Program-made: the position numbers and the translations under genes
Part shown: positions 1 through 6,945 of the stretch, one piece after another
How positions within the stretch are numbered: position 1 is the stretch's first letter
Layout: each line of letters starts with the position of its first letter
The notes under the pieces: generated by a model
Databases searched by the model: none
Told to the model about the DNA's origin: nothing
Seen by the model: only the letters and a program-made list of their open reading frames with translations
DNA from: Planctomycetales bacterium
Lineage (GTDB): Bacteria; 4484-113; JAFGCY01
NCBI GenBank assembly: GCA_022646745.1
Contig: CP060262.1
Coordinates: 1,140,001 to 1,172,000, forward strand
Length of the DNA stretch: 32,000 bases
Direction of reading: 5' to 3'

Positions 1-300
1 GAACATGCTGTTGAGCGTGAGGTTGCCGCGGCGCGTATGCGCCTCGTCGATGATGTCATCGTGGATCAGGGTGGCGGTATGCAGAAGCTCGCAGCAGGCG
101 GAGCAGTTGATCGCACTCGAGAATTCGGAGCCGCCGAAGATCTCGGCGAAGCTGATCAGCATCCGCGGGCGCAGGCGCTTGCCTCGCGACTTGGAGATCT
201 CCGTCACGTAACGGGTGACCAGCTGGTCGGAATCGGCGAGTATCTCGCTGATCCGCTCCTCCACGAGGTCGATGTAGTTGTTCAGCTGCTCAGCCCGCAT
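1..300 (-). CDS. Polyprenyl diphosphate synthase (trans-prenyltransferase, IspB/HepT-like), N-terminal 100 codons only; continues past the window start
   Basis: Absent from the ORF track because it has no in-window stop. Manual minus-strand translation from the ATG at 298-300 gives MRAEQLNNYIDLVEERISEILADSDQLVTRYVTEISKSRGKRLRPRMLISFAEIFGG...CELLHTATLIHDDIIDEAHTRRGNLTLNSMF. KRLRP and the first Asp-rich motif (LIHDDIIDE) are typical of trans-prenyl synthases. The ATG lies 1 nt after the resB stop. Confidence 0.75.
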   Translation of the reverse strand, partial: MRAEQLNNYIDLVEERISEILADSDQLVTRYVTEISKSRGKRLRPRMLISFAEIFGGSEFSSAINCSACCELLHTATLIHDDIIDEAHTRRGNLTLNSMF

Positions 301-301
301 G

Positions 302-1813
302 CTAACCAGCTGTGAGTATAGCGTGTATCCGCTTCTTGAGCCCCTTCAGCCCGCCACCGCGGGCACCGCTCACGAGCAGCATCGCCTGGCCATCCTCCAC
401 ACGTACATTCACCTTGTGGAACGGCACGTACAGCGCCACTCCGATGCCGATGATCATCAGGATCCAGCCGAGGTAAAGCATCGGCATGCCCGGATCACGC
501 TTGTAGGAGAAGATCGAGAAGTTCTGGATGCGGTCGGCCAGCTTCAGCTCGACCCACTGGCCGTCCATGCTGACCTTGAAGCCTTTCTCGGTATCAAGGA
601 TCTGGTCGCTGACTTCGTTCGTCATCAGGTTGTGCTTGTGCACGACCGTCATCGGGCCGAGGTGGCGGTCCAGCTTGCCGTCGATGTAGAGGTCGCCGGC
701 CTTGACCTTCTCCAGCAGGAATGCGGTGTCCGTGCGGCCGACGGCATCCTCGGCGCGGGCCAGGCGCGGATTGCCGGCCATGTCCGGGATGATGCCGATC
801 CACATCTCGGCCGGCACCAGCTCCTCGGTGGTCTTGCCATCCACCGTCATCGAAAGGAAGCCGCTCTGCTCGTAGCCGCTCTGGAACAGCATCAGCTTGT
901 CAATCACCAGCGGGTGGTTGACAATCACCTCGGCGCTGACGGTCTGGCCGTTGCGCTCGGCGGTCAGGGTTGAGACATAGTCCTTGACGAAGTAGTGGCT
1001 GTACTCCTGGAAGTCGTCACTGTACTCCTCGTCGTTCTGCAGCACGGTCGGCAGGATCAGCTTGCGGCCGTAGTCAATCCGGAAGCGGTCCTGGCTGAGC
1101 TGGTAGTCGCGCTTGGGCAGGCCATTGAGGAACCACTTGACCAGCGGGTGCTTGCCGGCGGCCACATCGAGCGTAAGCGTCTGCTGCTCGCCGTCCGCCA
1201 TGCGCACATTGCCCTTGTTGCCAAAGATGCTGCCGTAGATGCCGCCGAACAGCAGCACGAGCACTGCCACGTGCAGCACCACCATGCCCCAGCGCTGGTA
1301 GAAACCACGGTCGCCGTAGATGCAGCGCGCACCCTTGTCGTCCGTCTCCTCGACCACGCGGAAGCCTTCGTCACGCAGAAGCTTCGCCACATCCGCAGCC
1401 GGTGCATCCTTTTCCACATCGAATTCGATGGCACGGCGGTCGGCCCGGTAGAAGCCGGCACCACGCTTCACCGCAGGGGTCTTCCACTCGCGCATCGTGC
1501 GCTTGAAGCGCGTGATGTTGCAGACCGTGGCGCTGACGCAGAGCCACACGAGCGAGATGAAGAACACCGGTGTGAAGTAGATGTGGTGCAAGCCCAGGAG
1601 GCGGATGATCTCCCAGCGCTGCTCACCGTACTTCTGGATGTACTGCTGGTCGATCGGCATGTTGGACATGCCGCCCACCAGGTGCTCCTGCGGCAGCACG
1701 GTGCCCAAGGCGTTGAGCAGCGCGAGCAGCAGCATTACGTAGATTGCGATCGGCAGGCTGTTCAGCCACTTCCAGAGGAAGTTGAACGGCCCCCAGGTTT
1801 TATGTGCTGCCAT
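302..1813 (-). CDS. resB: Cytochrome c biogenesis protein ResB/Ccs1 (System II)
   Basis: 503-aa ORF. It has N-terminal TM segments (LPIAIYVMLLLALLNALGTV; FTPVFFISLVWLCVSATV), a large soluble middle and a C-terminal TM (MLYLGWILMIIGIGVALYV). It starts 2 nt after the ccsA stop, giving the canonical System II pairing. Confidence 0.85.
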   Translation of the reverse strand: MAAHKTWGPFNFLWKWLNSLPIAIYVMLLLALLNALGTVLPQEHLVGGMSNMPIDQQYIQKYGEQRWEIIRLLGLHHIYFTPVFFISLVWLCVSATVCNITRFKRTMREWKTPAVKRGAGFYRADRRAIEFDVEKDAPAADVAKLLRDEGFRVVEETDDKGARCIYGDRGFYQRWGMVVLHVAVLVLLFGGIYGSIFGNKGNVRMADGEQQTLTLDVAAGKHPLVKWFLNGLPKRDYQLSQDRFRIDYGRKLILPTVLQNDEEYSDDFQEYSHYFVKDYVSTLTAERNGQTVSAEVIVNHPLVIDKLMLFQSGYEQSGFLSMTVDGKTTEELVPAEMWIGIIPDMAGNPRLARAEDAVGRTDTAFLLEKVKAGDLYIDGKLDRHLGPMTVVHKHNLMTNEVSDQILDTEKGFKVSMDGQWVELKLADRIQNFSIFSYKRDPGMPMLYLGWILMIIGIGVALYVPFHKVNVRVEDGQAMLLVSGARGGGLKGLKKRIHAILTAG

Positions 1814-1815
1814 GG

Positions 1816-2946
1816 TCAGCTCTGCTTGTGCTCAGCAGGAGGCTGTGGGCTGCGCCCCGGAGGAGTCGGATGCAGGCCATCCGATGAACCGGGAGCACCG
1901 CCGCCGACGTGGCGCCGGATGCTGGGGACGATCTCGTCCTCCTCATCCTCAATGTCCTTCAGGTCACGTTTCGGACCCGGCAGGAACAACATCACGATTG
2001 GTGCCAGGCCACCGACGGCAAGGATCGCGAGGAAGTAGATGTCCTCCTGCCCGCCGTTCGAGTAGGCATGGATACTGTTCAGGCCAAACACATTGGCAAG
2101 GATGTTGACGCCCCAGAAGGTCATCAGCACGGCGCTGAATCCCAGCAGGTTGATCAGGGCCGGCCGGTAGCCAACCCAGCCCATCATGCGGAAGTGGATG
2201 TAGCCGAGGTAGACCAGCCAGATGATCAGCGCCCAGACTTCCTTCGGGTCCCAGCCCCAGTAACGGCCCCAGGCGGAGTCCGCCCAGACCGCGCCGAGGA
2301 ACACGCCGAGTGTGAGGATCGGGAAGCCGAACAGCACCATGCGGTAGCTGGTGCGGTCAAGGTCCTTCAGGCTGAACTTGGGGCTGAAGCGCTCGAGGTT
2401 GAGCACGCCCAGCGCACGCAGGACGTAGAGGAAGGCGAAGATCGCGCCCAACGCAAGGATCGCATAACTGAGGATCATGCAGCTGACGTGGATCCACAGC
2501 CAGTAGCTCTTGAGGGAGGGGAACAGCTCGCGCGGATCAGCGGCACCGGCGTCCATGGACATCGAGCGCGCGTTGAAGGCGAGCATCAGCAGTGGCACGA
2601 ACAGGGCGAAGGCGCCGAACAACCTGGTCTTGATCAGTTTCCATTCCACCCAGAGGTAGAACGGCACCGACAGCCAGACGAAGTAGTTCATCACCTCGAA
2701 CATATTCGTGGACGGCAGCACGAATCCACCGTGCTGCTCGAAGTAGAAGAGGGTACGCTTCACGAGGAACACCGTCTGCAGCACCCAGGCGGATGCCAGT
2801 ACAGCGGCTGCAATCTGGCCGACGCGGGGATTGCGTGCGAAGAACACGTGCACCGCGTAGAGAGTGAAAGCTGCCAGGTAGCCGAACACCGCGTAGTCGT
2901 AGAACTGCAGGGTATGACTTACCTGCTGGACATTTGCTTCATCCAT
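1816..2946 (-). CDS. ccsA: Cytochrome c assembly protein CcsA/ResC (System II haem handling)
   Basis: 376-aa polytopic ORF carrying the Trp-rich haem-binding WWD signature (WADSAWGRYWGWDPKEVWALIIW). AGGAGA Shine-Dalgarno sits 7 nt upstream of the ATG. The C-terminal ~55 aa form a low-complexity acidic/Pro-rich tail. Confidence 0.9.
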   Translation of the reverse strand: MDEANVQQVSHTLQFYDYAVFGYLAAFTLYAVHVFFARNPRVGQIAAAVLASAWVLQTVFLVKRTLFYFEQHGGFVLPSTNMFEVMNYFVWLSVPFYLWVEWKLIKTRLFGAFALFVPLLMLAFNARSMSMDAGAADPRELFPSLKSYWLWIHVSCMILSYAILALGAIFAFLYVLRALGVLNLERFSPKFSLKDLDRTSYRMVLFGFPILTLGVFLGAVWADSAWGRYWGWDPKEVWALIIWLVYLGYIHFRMMGWVGYRPALINLLGFSAVLMTFWGVNILANVFGLNSIHAYSNGGQEDIYFLAILAVGGLAPIVMLFLPGPKRDLKDIEDEEDEIVPSIRRHVGGGAPGSSDGLHPTPPGRSPQPPAEHKQS

Positions 2947-2966
2947 GATGGTTCTCCTGGTTCCAC

Positions 2967-2998
2967 AACTATATCGTTAATTCATTCACGATATAGTT
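2967..2998. promoter_or_regulatory. Perfect 10-bp inverted repeat (AACTATATCG-N12-CGATATAGTT) at the predicted ccsA transcription start / 5' UTR
   Basis: Read directly from the sequence. It lies between the predicted -10 (3004-3009) and the ccsA SD/ATG (2946). It could be an operator or a 5' UTR hairpin. Confidence 0.45.
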
Positions 2999-3003
2999 AC
3001 CCT

Positions 3004-3032
3004 ATTGTATCTCCACAACTCCCCGGGGTCAA
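3004..3032 (-). promoter_or_regulatory. Sigma70-type promoter for the ccsA-resB operon
   Basis: The minus strand reads TTGACC (3027-3032), a 17-nt spacer, then TACAAT (3004-3009). It sits in the 100-nt rnhB-ccsA gap. Confidence 0.5.
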
Positions 3033-3048
3033 TCCCAAACCTGCGATA

Positions 3049-3675
3049 TCACTTCCCGAAAAGGTCCTCTTGCAGCAGCTCACGCACCGGGGCGTAGCTG
3101 CGCCTGTGCACCGGGCAGGGACCAAGCCTGCGCAGGGCCTCCAGATGGCCGGACGTCGGATAGCCCTTGTGCAGTTCAAATCCGTAGCCCTTGTATTCAT
3201 CGGCAAGGCGCTCGAGAATCGCATCCCGTTCCACCTTGGCGAGGATCGAGGCTGCGGCAATGCACAGGGCCCGGCTGTCACCCTTCACGAGGGCTTCGGT
3301 TGGTATGCCGTTTGCCGGCGGCAGGCGGTTGCCGTCCACCAGTACATGCCCGACGCGGATCCCGAGTGAGGCCACGGCCCGGTTCATCGCTGCCAGCGAT
3401 GCATTGAGGATATTATCACGATCAATTATCGCGGAATCAATTGCGGCAAGGGAACTGGCAATCGCACAGCGCCTGATGGAGTCCGCCGCCCGCCGGCGCT
3501 GGGCCGCACTGAGCTGCTTGGAGTCCGCGATGCCTTCCGGCAGGGACTGGTAGTCAAGTACAACGGCGGCTGCCACCACCGGTCCGGCCAGCGCACCGCG
3601 GCCGGCCTCATCACAGCCGGCGATCGCCACCAGCCCGGATCTGATCAGCTCGCGTTCCCGCTCACCGATCCTCAT
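3049..3675 (-). CDS. rnhB: Ribonuclease HII
   Basis: Motifs GCDEAGRGALAGPVVAAAVVL, DSKQLS and GDSR..CIAAASILAKV are typical of RNase HII. I chose the internal Met (MRIGERERELIRSG...) at 3675 rather than the track start at 3777. That gives a normal length and a 14-nt overlap with the lspA stop. Confidence 0.85.
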   Translation of the reverse strand: MRIGERERELIRSGLVAIAGCDEAGRGALAGPVVAAAVVLDYQSLPEGIADSKQLSAAQRRRAADSIRRCAIASSLAAIDSAIIDRDNILNASLAAMNRAVASLGIRVGHVLVDGNRLPPANGIPTEALVKGDSRALCIAAASILAKVERDAILERLADEYKGYGFELHKGYPTSGHLEALRRLGPCPVHRRSYAPVRELLQEDLFGK

Positions 3676-4471
3676 CACTGCTGTCCGGAGCAGGGCCGCC
3701 GGGAGTGTCAAGCGGGATGTTGCCATGCCAGCCTGTCTGGGAGCGCGGGGTGAAGCGCTCGCCGCGGCGGATCTCATCCGCGGTCTGCTTCAGTTCCTGC
3801 AGCGCTTCCTCGTTCACTTCCAGACCGCCGGAATAGGGGTCATGCTGCTTCGCAGGCTCGGCCTTCTTGCGGCCCTTGCCGGCCAGGGCCTTGATGTCCA
3901 TCGCCACGAGCACCAGTGCCAGGCAGATCGTGCCGACCACCGCCGCGCTGTCCGCCACGTTGAAGATCGGGAAGTCGTACAGCTCGCGGCGGCCGATCAG
4001 CGGGAACTTCACATCGATGAAGTCCACCACCTCCTGCAGGCGCAGGCGGTCGATGAAGTTGCCAAGTGCCCCGCCCACGATCAGGCCGAAGATCCAGGTC
4101 ATGCCCAGCCGGCCGGAGAAGTAGCGCTGCCAGACGTAGATCAGCGCGAGCGCGATCACGATGCTGACGATGCTCAGGTAGATGCTGTTGCCACGGAACA
4201 TGCTCCAGGCGGCGCCGGTGTTGGTTGTCAGCTGCCACTGGAGCCAGGGATGCCAGACCTTCACCACCTGCACGGGCGGGAAGTAGCTTTCCTGGATCAT
4301 CTGCTTGCCCCACAGCGAGAAGTAGGGGCCGAGGAATGCGCCGAAGCCGGACTGGTCGTGCCTGCCGAGCATGAACACGAACCAGGCCTTGGACAGCTGG
4401 TCCGCGATGATGATGAATGCTGCGATTGAGCAGAAGAGCGCTGTATGGCTGCGGGCGGCGGGCTGGTTCAT
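3662..4471 (-). CDS. lspA: Lipoprotein signal peptidase (signal peptidase II) with a C-terminal ~80-aa charged extension
   Basis: Motifs IIIADQLSKAW, NTGAAWSMF, GGALGNFIDR and FNVADSAAVVG (catalytic Asp motifs) match LspA. At 269 aa it is about 100 aa longer than typical LspA. Confidence 0.88.
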   Translation of the reverse strand: MNQPAARSHTALFCSIAAFIIIADQLSKAWFVFMLGRHDQSGFGAFLGPYFSLWGKQMIQESYFPPVQVVKVWHPWLQWQLTTNTGAAWSMFRGNSIYLSIVSIVIALALIYVWQRYFSGRLGMTWIFGLIVGGALGNFIDRLRLQEVVDFIDVKFPLIGRRELYDFPIFNVADSAAVVGTICLALVLVAMDIKALAGKGRKKAEPAKQHDPYSGGLEVNEEALQELKQTADEIRRGERFTPRSQTGWHGNIPLDTPGGPAPDSSDEDR

Positions 4472-4512
4472 GCGGCTGTGAGTTTACAGCAAGAATCCTG
4501 CGCTCTCGCGCT

Positions 4513-4594
4513 GGTGGGGGATGGGGAATGCGGGATGGGGGATGGGCATATGGGGACGCGGGATGGGGGATGTGCATAGGATCAGGGACGGGAG
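4513..4594. repeat. G-rich degenerate heptamer array (GGGATGN-like units), left arm of an inverted pair
   Basis: Sequence reads ggtggggg atggggaatgc gggatgg gggatgg gcatatg gggacgc gggatgg gggatgt gcatagg. It contains many G3-G5 runs separated by 2-5 nt. Confidence 0.7.
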
Positions 4595-4782
4595 CTCAGG
4601 TATAGGGGTTCAGGCGCATTGCCATGGGTAACTAGTTTTTAGCGGATAGTGGAACCTCACATTGAACCGAGCTGCAGACCCAATCAAATCACCAATTAAC
4701 CGGACTGCAAACCATCAAGCTGATCGCCAACGCCGAAATGCAAGATCTATTGAACACTTTCGAGTAGCGAACCTCATTCTGC

Positions 4783-4826
4783 TCATCCCACATCCCACAT
4801 CCCGCATCCCGCTTTCAGCTTTCAGC
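4783..4826. repeat. Four CATCCC(N) heptamers plus two GCTTTCA heptamers, right arm (inverted) of the pair; abuts or overlaps the VOC stop codon
   Basis: Sequence reads tcatccc acatccc acatccc gcatccc gctttca gctttca gc. This is the reverse complement of GGGATGN units. The stop codon at 4822-4824 lies inside the last unit. Confidence 0.75.
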
Positions 4827-5190
4827 TTCTTTCCTCAAGCCCGAGGTAGCGCCCATCGGGGTCGCGGAATTCAGCGATGCGTACGGTGCTGCTCATCTGC
4901 TGCACCGGTTTCACATCCACCCCGCGGCGGATCAGCTCGCTGCGTACTTCCTCGATGCTGTCCACCTCGAACAGCAGCTGGTCCGGCGAGCTGCCTAGCG
5001 TATGTTCCTCGTAGGGCATCACTGCATTGAAGGCACAGAGGCACAGGAGCATGCCGCCGCAGTCGAAGCAGGCCCATCCGCTGCCGGGCTCAGCCTCCAG
5101 CTGCAGGCCGAGCAGGTCGCGGTAGAACTCCAGCGAGAACTGGAAGTTGCGGACGATGAACACCATGCGCGCAGCGCTGCGAATCTGCAT
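4822..5190 (-). CDS. VOC (glyoxalase/bleomycin-resistance/dioxygenase fold) family protein
   Basis: FSLEFYRDLLGLQLE near the N-terminus and IAEFRDPDGRYLGLEE at the C-terminus are typical VOC-fold signatures. The true start may be the Met at 5166 (MVFIVRNF). Confidence 0.7.
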   Translation of the reverse strand: MQIRSAARMVFIVRNFQFSLEFYRDLLGLQLEAEPGSGWACFDCGGMLLCLCAFNAVMPYEEHTLGSSPDQLLFEVDSIEEVRSELIRRGVDVKPVQQMSSTVRIAEFRDPDGRYLGLEERS

Positions 5191-5213
5191 CGCAGCATGG
5201 TAGCAAGCGGAAC

Positions 5214-5435
5214 TCAGGAGTGGGGCAGGCTGTGGCGCAGGAGGAAGCCGCCGAGCGCGGAGCCGGCCAGCAGGGCCACGAGCGCGAGTGCGATGAACAG
5301 GTTGCCACGGGCGGAATTGCCGCTGCGACTGCCGGCGATGAGGCCCCAGATGCCGCCGCCGAGCAGCAGTGCGGCCAGCACCAGCATCAGGTAGTAGAGG
5401 GAACCGACTGCTTCACCCTGCATTTCCATTGTCAC
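5214..5435 (-). CDS. Small hypothetical membrane protein (2 predicted TM)
   Basis: 73 aa with two hydrophobic stretches. Its ATG overlaps the stop of the upstream ORF (ATGA at 5432-5435), suggesting translational coupling. Confidence 0.5.
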   Translation of the reverse strand: MTMEMQGEAVGSLYYLMLVLAALLLGGGIWGLIAGSRSGNSARGNLFIALALVALLAGSALGGFLLRHSLPHS

Positions 5436-5677
5436 TCTCCCGGAAGCAGCCTGCGCAGTCCATATGCCCCAAGCACCAGGCCAAGCAGCAGGCTGAATAT
5501 GTACGCGGCGTTCATCTCGAAGTAGGAGCGGTTGTCATACTTACCCTCTGAGCTGAGCATGCCACTGATGCCGATCCAGATCAGGAGCACTGACATGATG
5601 ATGTTGCTGACAGGCGAGGTGAACAGCCCGTAGCCGTAACCCATGCCATAGCGCAGCAGTGCACATGTCGGAAGCAT
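5432..5677 (-). CDS. Small hypothetical membrane protein (2-3 predicted TM)
   Basis: 81 aa, hydrophobic, with high GC3. It is coupled to the downstream ORF. A TATAAT (5716-5721 on the minus strand) lies upstream. Confidence 0.5.
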   Translation of the reverse strand: MLPTCALLRYGMGYGYGLFTSPVSNIIMSVLLIWIGISGMLSSEGKYDNRSYFEMNAAYIFSLLLGLVLGAYGLRRLLPGE

Positions 5678-5727
5678 CCCTCCACCCCCGTGAAGATGTG
5701 TTTCAGTACAGCCGGATTATAGCGCTG

Positions 5728-5759
5728 GCCGGCCCCCGCCGTTGGCAACGGGGGCCGGC
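5728..5759 (-). terminator. GC-rich hairpin (11-bp perfect stem, 10-nt loop) downstream of the 5788-6114 ORF; no clear U-tract
   Basis: Sequence reads gccggcccccg ccgttggcaa cgggggccggc. The hairpin was read directly; its function is uncertain. Confidence 0.35.
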
Positions 5760-5787
5760 GGCCAGGTTGGGTAAATTGATCTTCGGC

Positions 5788-6114
5788 TTAGAACAGGATC
5801 AGGCGGGCCAGCAGGTTGACGACCATGCCGATCAGGCCGATCGTCCAGGCCTTTTCCCACTCGATCTCCAGCACCTGGCGTGCCGCCAGCGAAGTGGCGG
5901 CGAAGAACAGGGCATTGAAGAACAGGAAGGGGGCCAGCGCCTTGATCGGGAACAGCAGGATGCCGAACACCACGGCGCCCACGATCCAGAGGATCAGGTG
6001 CACGGTGGAGACCGCGAGAGCCTGGCCGAGGCCGATCCTGCCGACGCCGGTCTTCTGTGCTCCGTAATAGATTGCCGCCGTGTTGGCAGCGAAGGCGAGC
6101 ATACTAGCAAACAT
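5788..6114 (-). CDS. Hypothetical integral membrane protein (3-4 TM)
   Basis: 108 aa, strongly hydrophobic, with high GC3 coding signature. Confidence 0.55.
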   Translation of the reverse strand: MFASMLAFAANTAAIYYGAQKTGVGRIGLGQALAVSTVHLILWIVGAVVFGILLFPIKALAPFLFFNALFFAATSLAARQVLEIEWEKAWTIGLIGMVVNLLARLILF

Positions 6115-6281
6115 GGTTCACCCCATCTTCCCACCGCTGCCATCCTGGGCAGCGGACGGGTCCAATTTCAATGATTTCAAGTCCGGCTTCAGTGATCTTC
6201 AGATTCCGTTCAATGATCCTGATGCCGTACTTGGTGTGACGGAGTTATTTTTAGTTAGTTTCAGCCGCTGCGAGGAATTTC

Positions 6282-6632
6282 TCAGGCGGGCTTGATGATG
6301 TCAAAGGCAAAGGCGAACAGCAGGTAGGCGATGGCGCAGAACAGGCCGCAGCGCCAGGCCAGGCCGCTGCGGCTGCGCACGAAGGGCCAGATCGCCAGCG
6401 TGCTGACCGTGAACCAGACGATGGCGAGTACGGGACGGCGCACCAGCATCTGTGACTGGCCCGCCAGCAGCTTCAGCACGATGATGTGGACGACAAAAGT
6501 GGCGATGAAGCTGGCCAGCGTGGGCAGGACAGCCGCCTTCCAGGCCAGCCCGTTGACACGGAACACCTGCCAGACTGCAGCGAACTGCATGAGCAGCAGG
6601 ATGAGTCCCTCAAATGGTCCGAAGCGTCCCAC
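6282..6632 (-). CDS. Hypothetical integral membrane protein (about 4 TM)
   Basis: 116 aa and hydrophobic. It has a GTG start and no clear SD, so the start is uncertain. Confidence 0.5.
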   Translation of the reverse strand: MGRFGPFEGLILLLMQFAAVWQVFRVNGLAWKAAVLPTLASFIATFVVHIIVLKLLAGQSQMLVRRPVLAIVWFTVSTLAIWPFVRSRSGLAWRCGLFCAIAYLLFAFAFDIIKPA

Positions 6633-6682
6633 ATCGGGATTATCCCATCGGATCGCCTGCCGCCAGCTGAAACGGCTGCCCG

Positions 6683-6910
6683 TCAGTCCCCCTTGCGGTA
6701 GCGTGCGCGGTAGGGCTCGGGCTTACGTGGCGTGCGGCGGAACTGCACATCGGCCTCGATCAGCTCGGAAATGATTCGTTCGGCCTGCTCAGTGGTGATC
6801 TGCTGGCCCAGCTCGAGCTGCTCGATCGAATGCGGGCCGCTCATGTAGCGGCGCTCGCGCTCGGGCAGCGGCAGTTCCCGCTTGTCAGGCTGTGGTGAAT
6901 CGGCACTCAC
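6683..6910 (-). CDS. Small hypothetical soluble protein (charged, basic C-terminus)
   Basis: 75 aa with a GTG start, no SD and high GC3. It lies 35 nt downstream of the DUF4340-like gene. No recognisable motif. Confidence 0.4.
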   Translation of the reverse strand: MSADSPQPDKRELPLPERERRYMSGPHSIEQLELGQQITTEQAERIISELIEADVQFRRTPRKPEPYRARYRKGD

Positions 6911-6945
6911 AGTGCACTTATCGGCTGTGGCAATCGCGGCTTGAA

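Noticed and set aside
2971-2990. Shared word GTT(A/C)A(T/A)TCATTCACG upstream of ccsA (2972-2990) and of the DinB-family gene (11612-11626)
   Set aside because: There are only two occurrences, in opposite orientation relative to their genes, and the match is short. It could be chance.
995-3369. Long plus-strand ORFs (995-2038, 1909-3369, also 278-973) antisense to resB, ccsA and rnhB
   Set aside because: Their translations are Arg/Ala/His/Gly/Val/Asp-rich low-complexity sequences typical of shadow frames in high-GC DNA. The opposite strand encodes proteins with clear family motifs.
3676-3777. N-terminal 34-aa extension of rnhB in the ORF track
   Set aside because: The extension is Ala/Arg-rich and overlaps the lspA coding end. 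The internal Met gives a canonical RNase HII N-terminus.
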